Below are positions 52,755 to 64,000 of a stretch of DNA of 64,000 bases, piece after piece. A program made the position numbers and the translations under genes. This DNA is from Eledone cirrhosa (taxonomy: Eukaryota), in the NCBI GenBank assembly GCA_964016885.1, contig OZ024744.1, positions 108,190,001 to 108,254,000 on the forward strand. The letters are read 5' to 3'. Numbering within the stretch: position 1 is the first letter of the stretch; every line of letters begins with the position of its first letter. A model generated the notes under the pieces. It ran no database searches. It saw nothing but the letters and a program-made list of their open reading frames with translations, and was not told where the DNA came from.

Positions 52755-52899
52755 ATGTGTGAATGTATTGTATATTTAATAATATACTGTATGTTTATTT
52801 AAAAACATTTTGAAAGCCTTTTGCTATGAATTGAAGGTAGTCACTATAGTCACATACCTAGCTTCAGCAAACACACACACACATATATATATATATATA

Positions 52900-53249
52900 T
52901 CATTATCTATAAAAAGCTGATTGCTGTTGTGTGTGTGTGTGTGTGCATGTTCCATGTTTATACATTTTCACAATTTCAAACCGATTCGACTCAAAGTCTG
53001 TAAGAATGTTCTAAATGGTCTAACTTAGGTCAACGACTATTTATTTATTTCAAACTCACCCACGATTACGGAAATAATCGATACAACTAAATACATGACG
53101 CTTTACCCCTCTAATACAATCTGATTACCTCTCTCTCTACTTAAAATTCGATAAAACTACATACATGCTGCAACTTTCTCTTATATACGCTTAAACTTAC
53201 AAACTTCCTTTAGGAACTCGGAAGAAAGAAGAGAGAGAGAAGAGTGAGA

Positions 53250-53336
<87 letters not shown>

Positions 53337-54018
53337 TTTGTTTTTGAGTGTGGAACGGTCAAACATTTATTTACTTCAATGACAAAGAGAACTTATTACA
53401 TTTCATACGAAACAACAATTATTCAAAAGCAACAGATACATTTATTCAACAACAACAAAAATAGCGATAAATCTTTTTTAAAACATCTCTCAACGAACGT
53501 GGAAGAAAGAAGTATCAGTTTATTTACTATACACAATAATATCCTCTATGAGGTCACTAAACCTGCTAGAAACAGAAGCTAACTCTCTCCCATATCACAC
53601 CCCTCCCTACTGTCTTAAATTTAGAAAACATATCCTCTATGAGGTCACTAAACCTGCTAGAAACAGCAGCTAACTCCCCCCATATCACACCCCTCCCTAC
53701 TGTCTTAAATTTAGAAAACACACATTAGACAACCATGCAGAACAACTCCATCGCAGCTCTGTTGTTCGGCTGGGATCGTCCACGCGCGTGTTGCGCAAGT
53801 ACTGTGAAACAATAAATTTCAACACTTCTTTGCACAGAGCTAATATCCATAGGCGAAACTACAATTGTCACTGCTGGTGCAGCTCCTGCTTCGGCAGTCC
53901 AGGTCTGCAATTCATTCACCCAGTGCCTGGCAGACAAAAAAGTGCTGCCATAAAATGGGTGGTGCAACCTAACTTTGGTAACTTACTGACCCCGAGCAAC
54001 GCCGGGCTTTAATGCTAG
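52900..54018 (+). mobile_element. Non-autonomous Helitron
   Basis: TC start after (TA)n; ccccgagcaacgccgggctttaatgCTAG-t end; about 90-bp internal duplication 53540-53720. Confidence 0.75.
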
Positions 54019-54052
54019 TATATATATATATATATATATAGGTTACACAAAA

Positions 54053-54941
54053 ATTAGTTCACCATACCGAGTTTCACCTTAGCGGATCCTCAGCTCGTAA
54101 TGGACATGGTTATACGAGACGACAGGAAGGACAACCGTACGAACGCGCATGCGCAGAAACGGTAACTTCACTCAGGCAATACTAAATTGCGTGCGAGAGG
54201 TGCAATGGAGATAACTGCGAAAGTCCGAAAGTTTCTAGTTGATAAGAAAATTAGGATGTTGTAATTCAATCCGGAGCTTTGTAGTTATGCAACAGGTGTT
54301 TCCAAACGTGTGGACAACGTGTGAAGAATTCATTTCTTGAGTTTAGGCAATCGCTATTGTCTAATCTCTTTAGAATATTTATTCGTTCATCAATACATAG
54401 TCCACACGACGGATTTCCCCTTGCGTATGGCTTGGACTTAGTGATGGCTTTGCATTGAATGGCGTAGTCTATACTTGAGTCCTTGAGGGACCATACGTAG
54501 CTCGCGAGTTTCGAGGATGAACGTCTGTCCGGGTACATAAAGGTCGACTGGTGGTTCAGGAAGCGTTCCTTAAATCGGCCCTCCGCCATACCCACATAAG
54601 ATTTGACCTCCTGTGGTTGATTTGGTCGGTTGGAAGTGACCACAGCTTCATAAACTACAGCGGGTGTGTTGCATTGCTGTTGAAGGGGACAAGCTTCGGG
54701 CTTACGGCAAGAGCACCCTGGTGGGGTGTTGCTCTTAGGGCTGTTGGTGATGTGGGCCTTCATGTTCTTAGCGCAGGAGTATCTTAGTTTTACTTTGTGT
54801 CGGTTAAAGATGGAGCCGTATTTATGACCTATGGGAAAGTGTCTATCTAAGAGGGCTAGAAATTTTGTTCCGTAAAACCATGTCCATTACGAGGTGAGGA
54901 TCCGCTAAGGTGAAACAATTGTTCTCGGTATGGTGAACTAA
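54053..54941 (-). mobile_element. 5'-truncated Penelope-like element with inverted terminal (pLTR) segments
   Basis: ttagttcaccataccgag..tttcaccttagcggatcctca.ctcgtaatggacatggtt (54053-54110) inverted at 54876-54941, enclosing the GIY-YIG ORF; whole block between (TA)n tracts. Confidence 0.85.
54266..54870 (-). CDS. GIY-YIG endonuclease domain of a PLE (open, 5' truncated)
   Basis: CSCRKPEACPLQQQC, VVYEAVV..YVGMAEGRFKERFLNH, CGLCIDE, LNSRNEFFTRCPH. Confidence 0.85.
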
Positions 54942-55018
54942 CTGTTGTTTAACCACTTCTACCTAACTCCTCCCATGGACTGAATGCTCTACCACTACGG
55001 ATATTACTTTCCAGTGTT

Positions 55019-55088
<70 letters not shown>

Positions 55089-55092
<4 letters not shown>

Positions 55093-55414
55093 AGTGAAGA
55101 ATAACAAGAATCAGCTATACAGTAGGGCTTATTCCAAATATTAACAAACATTTCATTGGTCCGCTGTGTCTAAAAATCGCTATCTGTAGTGCTGTTTGAC
55201 AATCGATTTTAAGTACAGGGCGGTGCCACAGCATGGCCTCAGCCGGATAGTTGGAACAGGTAAAAGAGAGTAAAAGAGTTACCACCAACCAAATTATCAA
55301 AATACTGTAGTTTGATAATTTGGCTGGTGTTAACTGTACTTAAAATCGATTGAAACATTTGTTAGTACTTGGAATAAGCCCTACTGTATAGTTTATCCGT
55401 GTTATTCTTCACTC
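55089..55414. repeat. Nested inverted repeats including a decayed hammerhead-like fold (55189-55368)
   Basis: 55089-55155 pairs with 55351-55414; 18-bp stem aatcgattttaagtacag/ctgtacttaaaatcgatt directly followed by GAAA-catttg-TT-agtac; 5' core not intact. Confidence 0.6.
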
Positions 55415-55952
55415 CTTTATTATTAATACTCCAGGAACTGCTTACCCCTAGGAACTGTCTGGAATCGGCTACCGGAACACCACAACTACGTAAACATCTT
55501 GTCGAGTCAAACAACGCCACACGTTAAAATCATCCACACTACAGATTACTGATAAGCTCTACGTGGATTACCTTATAGGATACTTCATTTACTTCTATAT
55601 ATATATTTATTAAAATAATGACGTATTAAATTAATGACGTATTATTCGTTTTTTCCCGTTCTTTGCCAGCGAACGTCACCACGAACCAAAGTATCGTCTT
55701 CCTGTCTTCCTCCGGTTGCAACGTTTTTTGAAATATCCAGTTCTGCGTTTACAGATTGACTTTGTTAGTTTCAGAAGATCCCGTTAAGGGTGAAAGCAGC
55801 GATTCTTTGCTTAAACTTTAATCTGTTATTTTAATAAATATTTGCTCTACGGTTCTTATATATTTGATATATATTTTCCTTATCGAGCCCTCTTTGGATT
55901 TTAGTCTCCAATTTTATTATTATTACTATATATATATATATATTGTTAATAT

Positions 55953-56109
55953 GATATCCCTGAAATATATATAATGAAATAAATATGGTTTTATAAATAT
56001 AGTTTCCATTTATTTAATATCATAAATATACTCCAAATACTTGTTGAGTGCTTTTATATCAGTTATAAATATTTACTCGTTGTTAACCCAACAATTTAAA
56101 TATAACTTT

Positions 56110-56112
<3 letters not shown>
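55953..56112 (+). repeat. 3' part of the tattttat-HHR mini-element family
   Basis: Similar to 47228-47372; starts in the 3' strand of stem II (atccct-GAAA-tatata-TA-atgaaata). Confidence 0.7.
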
Positions 56113-56161
<49 letters not shown>

Positions 56162-56245
56162 CGTTTCTGAATTTGTTTAGCAAGATTCTTTATCTGATAT
56201 CTTGTGTTGAAACCGATATTGTTATACATGAACCTCCCAAAGTAT

Positions 56246-56299
<54 letters not shown>

Positions 56300-56809
56300 C
56301 GGCGATGAATTAGTTTTGCGAGGTTTTTGTCAGTACTATACGAACATGCCAGACAACAACACGACGGTAACATAAACAACATAGAAATTAGAATAATATA
56401 ATATAAACATAGAAATGACCCAGCAGATAGGCAAATCAGCGAGGCCAGTGAAATAGAACTTAGAAGGCCAAGGCTAAACAGAAAAAATGAATGGAATAAC
56501 AACAACACCCAAACAAACAACACTGACCTAAGAGAAGTATAAATAAATAAATAGATAAATAAATAAATAAATAAATACATACACAAGCACAATAACAACA
56601 AACACATATAAACACACGCTAGTAAAGATAGAATACATTAACCAATACACAGTCACCCAATCACGAACACACATCAAACAAAACACTATACACACACTCA
56701 AACGCATGCGCAAAGAAGACAAAATAAAATAAACAAATAAATAAATATACAAACAGACTAAATAAAGATGGCGTAGAAAATACAATGTAACGGGAAGAAA
56801 CAATAGCAC

Positions 56810-56847
56810 CACTGACGATGTTGCAGATGTGCAACGAAAGAACTTTG
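56810..56847 (+). ncRNA. Type I hammerhead, homologue of 40135-40177
   Basis: ca-CTGACGA-t-gttgca gatg tgcaac-GAAA-gaac-TT-tg; downstream atgaccctccc.aagtataac shared with about 40285. Confidence 0.68.
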
Positions 56848-57105
56848 ATAAACTATATATATGTGTTTGTGTCTATATTGTATCTGTATTATTTTTGACC
56901 GTCGGTCAGTCAATGGTAACATTGAGGACCGAATAAATTAGATTACCGATATAAAAGACACAGAAGCGAAAAGCGAAAACCAACCAAACAGTATGTGTGT
57001 TCTGTTATTAATTCTGGCAATATTACACAAATATGACCCTCCCCAAGTATAACAATATATATATATATATATATATTTATTAAAATATATATTTTTGGAT
57101 TTTAG

Positions 57106-57269
<164 letters not shown>

Positions 57270-57456
57270 AGGAATTTATAGTTTGAAAGCGGAATGGACA
57301 GATAAATAAACAAGTCGGTTGAAACAAAAAGTGTTTTTACCATAATTTATTTATATAACCTGATATTTTGAGATTAAAATATCTTCTTCCGAGGAAAATA
57401 AAGGGACTATTCCAGTATCCGATGCGGCACGCTATATCCCCTGCTGGCGGAAGTAG

Positions 57457-57493
<37 letters not shown>

Positions 57494-57495
<2 letters not shown>

Positions 57496-59107
57496 GCTCG
57501 GCACCGCTCTCAAGGAATACGAAGCGGTGACGGGAGCAAAGATAAACCAGGAAAAGTCGGTGGGCTTGCAGCTCGGCATATGGAGAGGAAAGTCCATGCC
57601 GTCCGACAGCGTCGTGGGGCGTTGGACGGACGGATCGGACGGGGTCTGGTTCGGACCGGACCTCCAGATGGAGAAAAACTGGAGCGAGGTGACGAACAAG
57701 GTGGCCTCCTTCACCCAGAAATGGGCCGACAGGAAGCTGTCCTTGAAAGGCCGGGTGGAGTTGGCGAATGCGTACATCGCATCCGTCATCTGTTACCGCC
57801 TCACCGTCGTCCCTTGCCCCGGCTCAACTCTCACCAAAATGGAGCGCCTCCTCTTCCGTTTTTTGTGGAAGGAACGCGCTCCCATTGTCAGACGATCCAT
57901 CTGCTGTCAACACCCGTTGCGTGGAGGACTGGGCATGCCATAGCTGATGATGCGCAAACATGCGCTGAGGCTGCTACATCTCTGGTGCTTCCTTGACGGT
58001 GAGCAGGTGTTGTCGCCGTTCGCCAGGCACGTTTTCCCACAGCTCGTCTCCTTGACGGAGCTGCAATCCTTGGTCAGGAAAAGACTGAGGGATAGCGCCT
58101 GGAAACTGGAATGTCTCCAGGCGTTCACTGCCCTCTGCCAGCTGGGCACCAGTGTCGGTGGAACATCCACCTCGGCGTTCTATAGAGGACTAGTGGAGGG
58201 GAAGAGCGACGACGTTCTCGGAGAGATCCTGGGCGTCGAAGAAGATCAGCTGTTTGCTCTCTTCCGGAGGCCTTTCAGCCCAGGGCCTATGGATAACTTC
58301 CAAAAGTCCCTGGCCTGGCAATGTTACCGGGGAGCGCTGCCGGTTCGAGATAAGCTCTACAGGCACGGAAGTGCCGTCAGCCGAGCCTGTCCGAGATGCG
58401 CGCAGAGCGACGAAACCGTCGTGCAGGCACTCGTTCAGTACCCGAGCATTGCTGACTTGTGGAGCTATGTCGAACAGTTGCTGTCGCGTGTAGGACTGAT
58501 CCGGTTGTCGACTGAGTCCATTGTGCAGATGGTCTCGCCGTCTTCCTTCGAGGAGGAAGGACAGGCGGTTCTCATCTGCCTGGTGGCCATGGGGAAAGAG
58601 ATTGTGTGGTGGACAAGATTGAAAGGGTTAAAGACAGATACTTTCCTCTTCGGCGAATCCCTAATTAACTTTTTCAAGTTTCACTTGAAGAGGAAAATCA
58701 GGGTGGAGAGGCAAGTGCTGCTTTCTAGCAAGTTTGTTGAAAGGTGGGTGAATGTAGCAAGAATGGTCCGAGTGAACGGGACCACTCTGAATATACGCTT
58801 GTAGTTTGAGGAATGGGAAAACATTGAGAGAGGGCGCTTGCCCTGGTGGTCAGGGTGGCCGTGGTCTTTTGTGTGGTTTTCGCCACGAGTAACCCTCGGA
58901 GGTTTCCCCCCTATTGGGGAATTTTTCATTGTTTCAATTTTCATTTTTATTGTTTATATATATATGTTTCTATGTGCTTTTTTTCTTTTCTTATATAAAT
59001 AATAAAAATATTTACACGCACAAAACCCACATTGTACCGTCCTGTACCGTCCTGTGCCGTCTGTAATGTTTTTCTTGATGTCAGCCCTTGTGGCCAATAA
59101 AGAAATC
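57494..59107 (+). mobile_element. 5'-truncated Tx1/L1-like LINE in (ATT)n
   Basis: ORFs 57368-57943 and 57947-58804 closely resemble 12449-13942 (GPMDNFQKSLAWQCYRGALPVR); shares the 3' end aataaagaaat. Confidence 0.9.
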
Positions 59108-59122
59108 ATTATTGTTATTATT

Positions 59123-62100
59123 GTTCTTTGAGTCTCGGTCATTGATGTTAGTTAACTGGAAAGTTTGTTGAAATGAATATCAAGCCACTACCTGCAGCTT
59201 CAGATATTCAGGACGTATCGGAGGGTTCTTGCTGTTCCCAGCAAGCATGCCTTTTGAAGTGTTCCAAAAATCGGGGCGGGGCCAATTTTCTTTAACCATC
59301 CCTGGAAAATTTTGGAGATAGTCCCCAGTGCGCCTATGACAATCGGGATCACTTTGACTTCATGGCAGTTCCAAATCCTTTTTACCTCCCACTTTAAGTC
59401 CTAGTATCGGTTAATTTTCTCCCTCTCCTTCTCTTGCACTCTCGTGTCAAATGGGCAGGCCACATCCACAATCAAGCACGATCTTTTTTCCTCGTCCAAA
59501 ACCACCAGGTCAGGCCTATTGCGTTCTAGTTTCTTGTCCGTCTGTATCCTAAAATCCCATAGCACCTTCACCTGATCGTTTTCTATCACCGACTCTGGCT
59601 TATGCTCATACCACTTCTCAGAATGTGGTAACTTGTTTACTTTGCATAGGTGCCAGTGGATCACCCTGCCCATCACATCATGTCTTCAACCTTTATAGTG
59701 AGTCTGGGCTAGGTGTTTACACTCGGATACAATGTGAGCCACAGTCTCCTCTCTCTCTCCACAGATCCTGCACAGTGGGCTAGCCTCCTCCTTGTAAATA
59801 TGGTGTTTCAACCACTTCGTTTTGAGGGCCTGCTCTTGCGCAGCCATTAGCATTCCTTCTGTAGCCTTTTTAAGGTCTCCTCTTTTCAACCAGTTCCATG
59901 TCTGTGGATCTCTGAATTCCGTTTTCTCAAAGAAGGTACTATGAAGGGATTTTTCCTGAAGGCTGCTCTTTCTCCTTGTTGTTATTTCCTCCTTGGACAT
60001 CTCCTGGTCTATTGTCCCCTCCTTCAGTACAGTTCTGAGCGTTGGCTCCCTACTATCAGTCACGTATTTGTGTAGGTTGTTTTTCTCCATCTGAACACAG
60101 TCCTCTATGCTGATAAGACCTCTTCCACCCTCAGATCTCCTTAGGTAGAGTCTATCGACATCACTCCTCTTGTGGAACATCTTGTAGATAGTCAATAGCT
60201 TCCTAGTCTTCCTATCCATTTCTTTTTGTTCAGCAACATTCCATCTCAGAATTCCCGCACTGTACCTAATAATAGACACACCTCGGGATTGACTGCACTT
60301 ATGGCATTCCTACTGTTCAGCTGTGACTTTAATACGCCCCTTACTCTCCTAATGTACTCAGATCTTATCAATTCCTTAATTTTTTTTTGTTATTGATGTC
60401 ATCAGCCTCCAGAATACCCAAATACTTGTATCCTTCTTCAGTGTCAATTTCCTTTATCATCTCATCTGTTGGTACCTGGATTCCGTTACTTCTGCTCAAC
60501 CTACCCCTCCTCATCACAATGACTCCACATTTACTAATACCAAATTGCATACATATATCATTTCTGAAAATACGGACAGTGTCAACAAGCACATCCAACT
60601 TCTTCTCACTCTTCCCGAAGAGCTTAAGATCGTCCATGAAGAGGAGGTGATTGATGGTAAGCTCTCCCTTTCCCAACTTGTATCCTGCTCTCATTTTTCG
60701 CAGTATAATGGTCAGGGGCATCAGGGCAAGGACAAACAACAGAGAGGACAGACTATCTCCCTGGAAGATACCTCTCTTGATCTTCACGCCTCCCAAGGAT
60801 TCTCCAGTTGATGTTAACTCTGTTTTCCAGGACTTCATACTTTTGCTCAACAACTGTCTGATGTTATCTGCCACCTTGAAGATCTCTAGGCTTTTGGTGA
60901 TCCAAGAATGAGGCACCATGTCAAATGCCTTTTTGTAGTCTATCCATCCCATGGCAAGACCAGTGTGTCTCCTCTTGCAATTCCTCATTACCATCTAATC
61001 AATAAGTAACTGGTCCTTTGTACCACGTGACTTCTTTCGGCATCCTTTCTGTTCGTCCGGTAACAAGTTGTTTGTGTGGAGGTGATGGTAGATTTCCTCA
61101 GACACAATGCTTGTCAACAGTTTCCACATTACGGACAGACATGTGATAGGTCTATAGTTGGCAACATCATTACCCTTGATTCGGTCTTTCATTATCAGAA
61201 CTGTGGTACCTTTTGTCAACCACTCTGGTACCTCACCTGACATCAAGCAGTCATTGAACATGGTTGTCAGTTTCGGGTGGAGAGATTTTACATTTTTAAT
61301 TCAATACCCCTGCACACCATCTGGGCCTGGTGATTTCCAGTTGGTTAGTTTTTTGGCCTGCCCCTTAAGAGTTTCAACTGTGATACTCAAATCAGTTTGT
61401 TGGTGTGCCTGTTCACTAATCTCCTTTTGTACTGTCTCAATCCACACTGCCTGGTCATTATGTTTAACATCCTGCTCCCATATTCCTCTCCAGAATGTCT
61501 TAGTTTGTTCCGCCTCAGGGATCAAGTCGTTGCCTCTTTCTTTCTCTTCAAGCTGTCCAAACAACATCTTCTGGTTGTTGTCAAACATGCGGTTCTGTCT
61601 ATACTGACTGACTCTGCTCTCGTATCGCCTAATTTTTGCACTCTTTGCTACAATGCGTTGCTTCAGTTCCTCTATGATAATATTTAGCCTTTTTCTCCTA
61701 GTTTTGTTCTTTATTTCCAGTCTATTTTTAGTGTCTATGTTTTTTAGTGTCCCATTCAGTAGGGACTCAACTTTCCAATGTCATTTCTCATTTCCCTTAT
61801 TTGACCATTCAGTCGTTTCTTCCACCAAGGTTCTGATCTTTCTTGTTTGTTGTTTCCTCTCGCTTTTATGCTAAGTAATTTCCTCACCGCATTTGCTGTT
61901 GCTTTGAGGATATTGTTGCATTGGTGAAGGCTACCCGCCTCAAGGTATGGGATGACTTTGTTTACCTTAGCTGTTGTTTCTTTTAACTTTTTCCTGTCTA
62001 CAAATCTTAGGTTCATAGGTTTCCCACTATCATTGTTCAATTCATCTACCACTAAGTTTAGGATATCAACCAAATCTTGTCCTAGCCCGTCAGCATTCAT

Positions 62101-62740
62101 CTCCTCAGTGGCCATATCTCTGTTCCAGGTATTATTTATCTCAGCATTCAGATCATTGTCTGCTTTGGGTGGTTCCTCCGTTCTCTCGACCTCTTCACCT
62201 TCATTTCCCACTGGCTCGTTTGCCTGGCATACTCCACTCTCCATCTCCAAGCTAATCTCTCTGCTCAGTTCCTCCAGTTCCAGCTCGCTTATCCACCCAT
62301 TAGTTCTAATTACCCGAACCTGCCCGGCCAATTTTTGTTCATCTAATTTAAATAGACCAATCTCGTTCCAGATGTTATGCATCCGTTTCCTATAGCCTTT
62401 CTCCTTGGGGTTACTCTAACATTACACAACAGTTTTATTCAATTCTTTCGTTCAGTTGGTTCTGGTCCCTTTCGTTCTTCTTCCTCCGACACCAGCAGTA
62501 TTTGGTTGACAGCCAGGTCCCTGCTGCTGAGCCAGGGAGCACCTGTTGGGTGAGAGTCTGTCACATGACATTCTAGTCTCCATTTCACCGTTATTCAAAC
62601 TGTTTAGGTTCGACATTTAAACACTGTTATCGAGGATTGGCGAATGTATGGTTACATAACCACCGGTGATTTCATCACCTCCGGTGATTTCGTCACTCCC
62701 GGTGATTTTTGTGTGGCATTATCACGCTGTAGACGAGCAT
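59123..62740 (-). mobile_element. Near full-length, disrupted R4/Dong-clade RLE LINE
   Basis: KSPGPDG, NYRPITC, WIDYKKAFDMVPH, GIFQGDSLS, FMDDLK, CRIC..ETVAHIVSEC, RPD..IVDVACP; TAA-like 3' tail. Confidence 0.9.
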
Positions 62741-63844
62741 AAATAAACAAACAAACAAACAGGCAAAAAACCCCCCCAAAATGAATAAGCATAAGTTTCA
62801 TTGTAATGTAATGTTTGAATGTCTGACTTAGTTTTTTTTCTCTCCTTCTCTGTCCGTCTGTTTGTTTTTCTCTTTATTTTTCTTTTCTTTACGTTTTTCG
62901 TTGTTGCTGTGCTGCTTTGATTTTGATTTTTGGTTTTTTGATTTTGACCGGGTCATCAATTCAGTCTATTTATATATTTTGATGCCTTCCTCGTTTAGTG
63001 GGGACAATACGGTGTAGCAGGGGGTAGCGGGAGAGTATAGCGGCGATAGTGATAATGAGGCAGCGGTGGTGGTGGTGGTGGCGGTGCTGTGCTAGCAGTA
63101 CCTAGCAGGAGGTAGTGGGAGAGAATAGCGGCGGTAGCGATAATGAGGCAGTGGTGGTGGTGATGTGATCGTAGTACTGTAGTGATGGTGTTGAAGTTGG
63201 AGTAGAAATAGCGGTTGAGGCGACTTGACCATAGTTTTCATCGTGGTAGTGGTGGTGGTGTTGGTGGTGAAATTATCTTTAGCTATTTAGCTATTTAGTA
63301 ATTTTGCCATTTTACTTCTTTTCGACTCTAACATTCCTGATCCAAAATTAAATATTAATCTTGTTTATTAATATTGTCTAGTGATACCGCCACCTTCCCC
63401 TTTTGTAAGTTAACAGAAGGTAATAGTGGAATAGCGGTGGTAGCAATGAAGGAGTGGTGGCGGCGGCGATGGGATAGTGGTAATAATGATGGATGGGTGG
63501 TGGCGGCGGTGACTGTAGTGATGGCGTTGTCGTTACTGAGTTTTGTTGAATAGACTGTATTTTTGTTTGATCGGTGAATCTATGGTGTTAGTCGCGTATA
63601 TGTGTTGACATATTACCTTAATATTGGAATTAAACATTTTGTGAAGACTTGAGACAATAATAATAGTAATTATAATTATTATGCTGGGATTGGTGGTGGT
63701 GGTGGTGAAATTGCCGTTATCTGGCTGTTGTATTTAGTGTACACAGAGGAGTGATGGGGTAGGTGGTGTATCTAGTTTGTGGTGTTGGTGAAATTGCTGT
63801 TATTTGGCTGTTCTATATAGTGTAGACAGAGGGGGTTTTCTTCC

Positions 63845-63880
<36 letters not shown>

Positions 63881-64000
63881 AGTTGCATTTATCTTGCTTT
63901 ATGTTCATACGAGTTATCACCAAGTCACAACCAGTGACCTCAAGAGACAACAAGGTCCGCCATGTTCAAGAAAGAACATACATATTCACACATGCATCTT

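Noticed and set aside
62662-62710. Three roughly 19-bp ccggtgattt repeats
   Set aside because: Lie in the presumed 5'UTR of the Dong-like LINE; no evidence of an independent function

Overview
Gene-free, AT-rich, microsatellite-saturated animal DNA; the SINE families and repeat style suggest an octopus-like cephalopod (inference). No host protein-coding gene is supported, and most ORF-track entries are translated microsatellites. The window holds two R4/Dong-like RLE LINEs plus fragments, two Tx1/L1-like LINEs (one near full length with a 17-bp TSD), CRE-like fragments, bipartite RTE-derived non-autonomous elements in (TACA)n, tRNA-derived SINEs, non-autonomous Helitrons and several Penelope-like element (PLE) RT and GIY-YIG remnants. 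The main signal is about 27 intact or decayed type I hammerhead ribozyme (HHR) motifs, found by eye, mostly in small cassettes bounded by (TA)n and often arranged as fold-back palindromes. The centrepiece is a young, near-identical 467-bp HHR-bearing array at 25299-29403 (about 6.2 copies followed by about 2.5 inverted copies) that resembles a retrozyme or PLE pseudo-LTR concatemer. All structures were assigned by manual pairing; nothing was folded or searched computationally.
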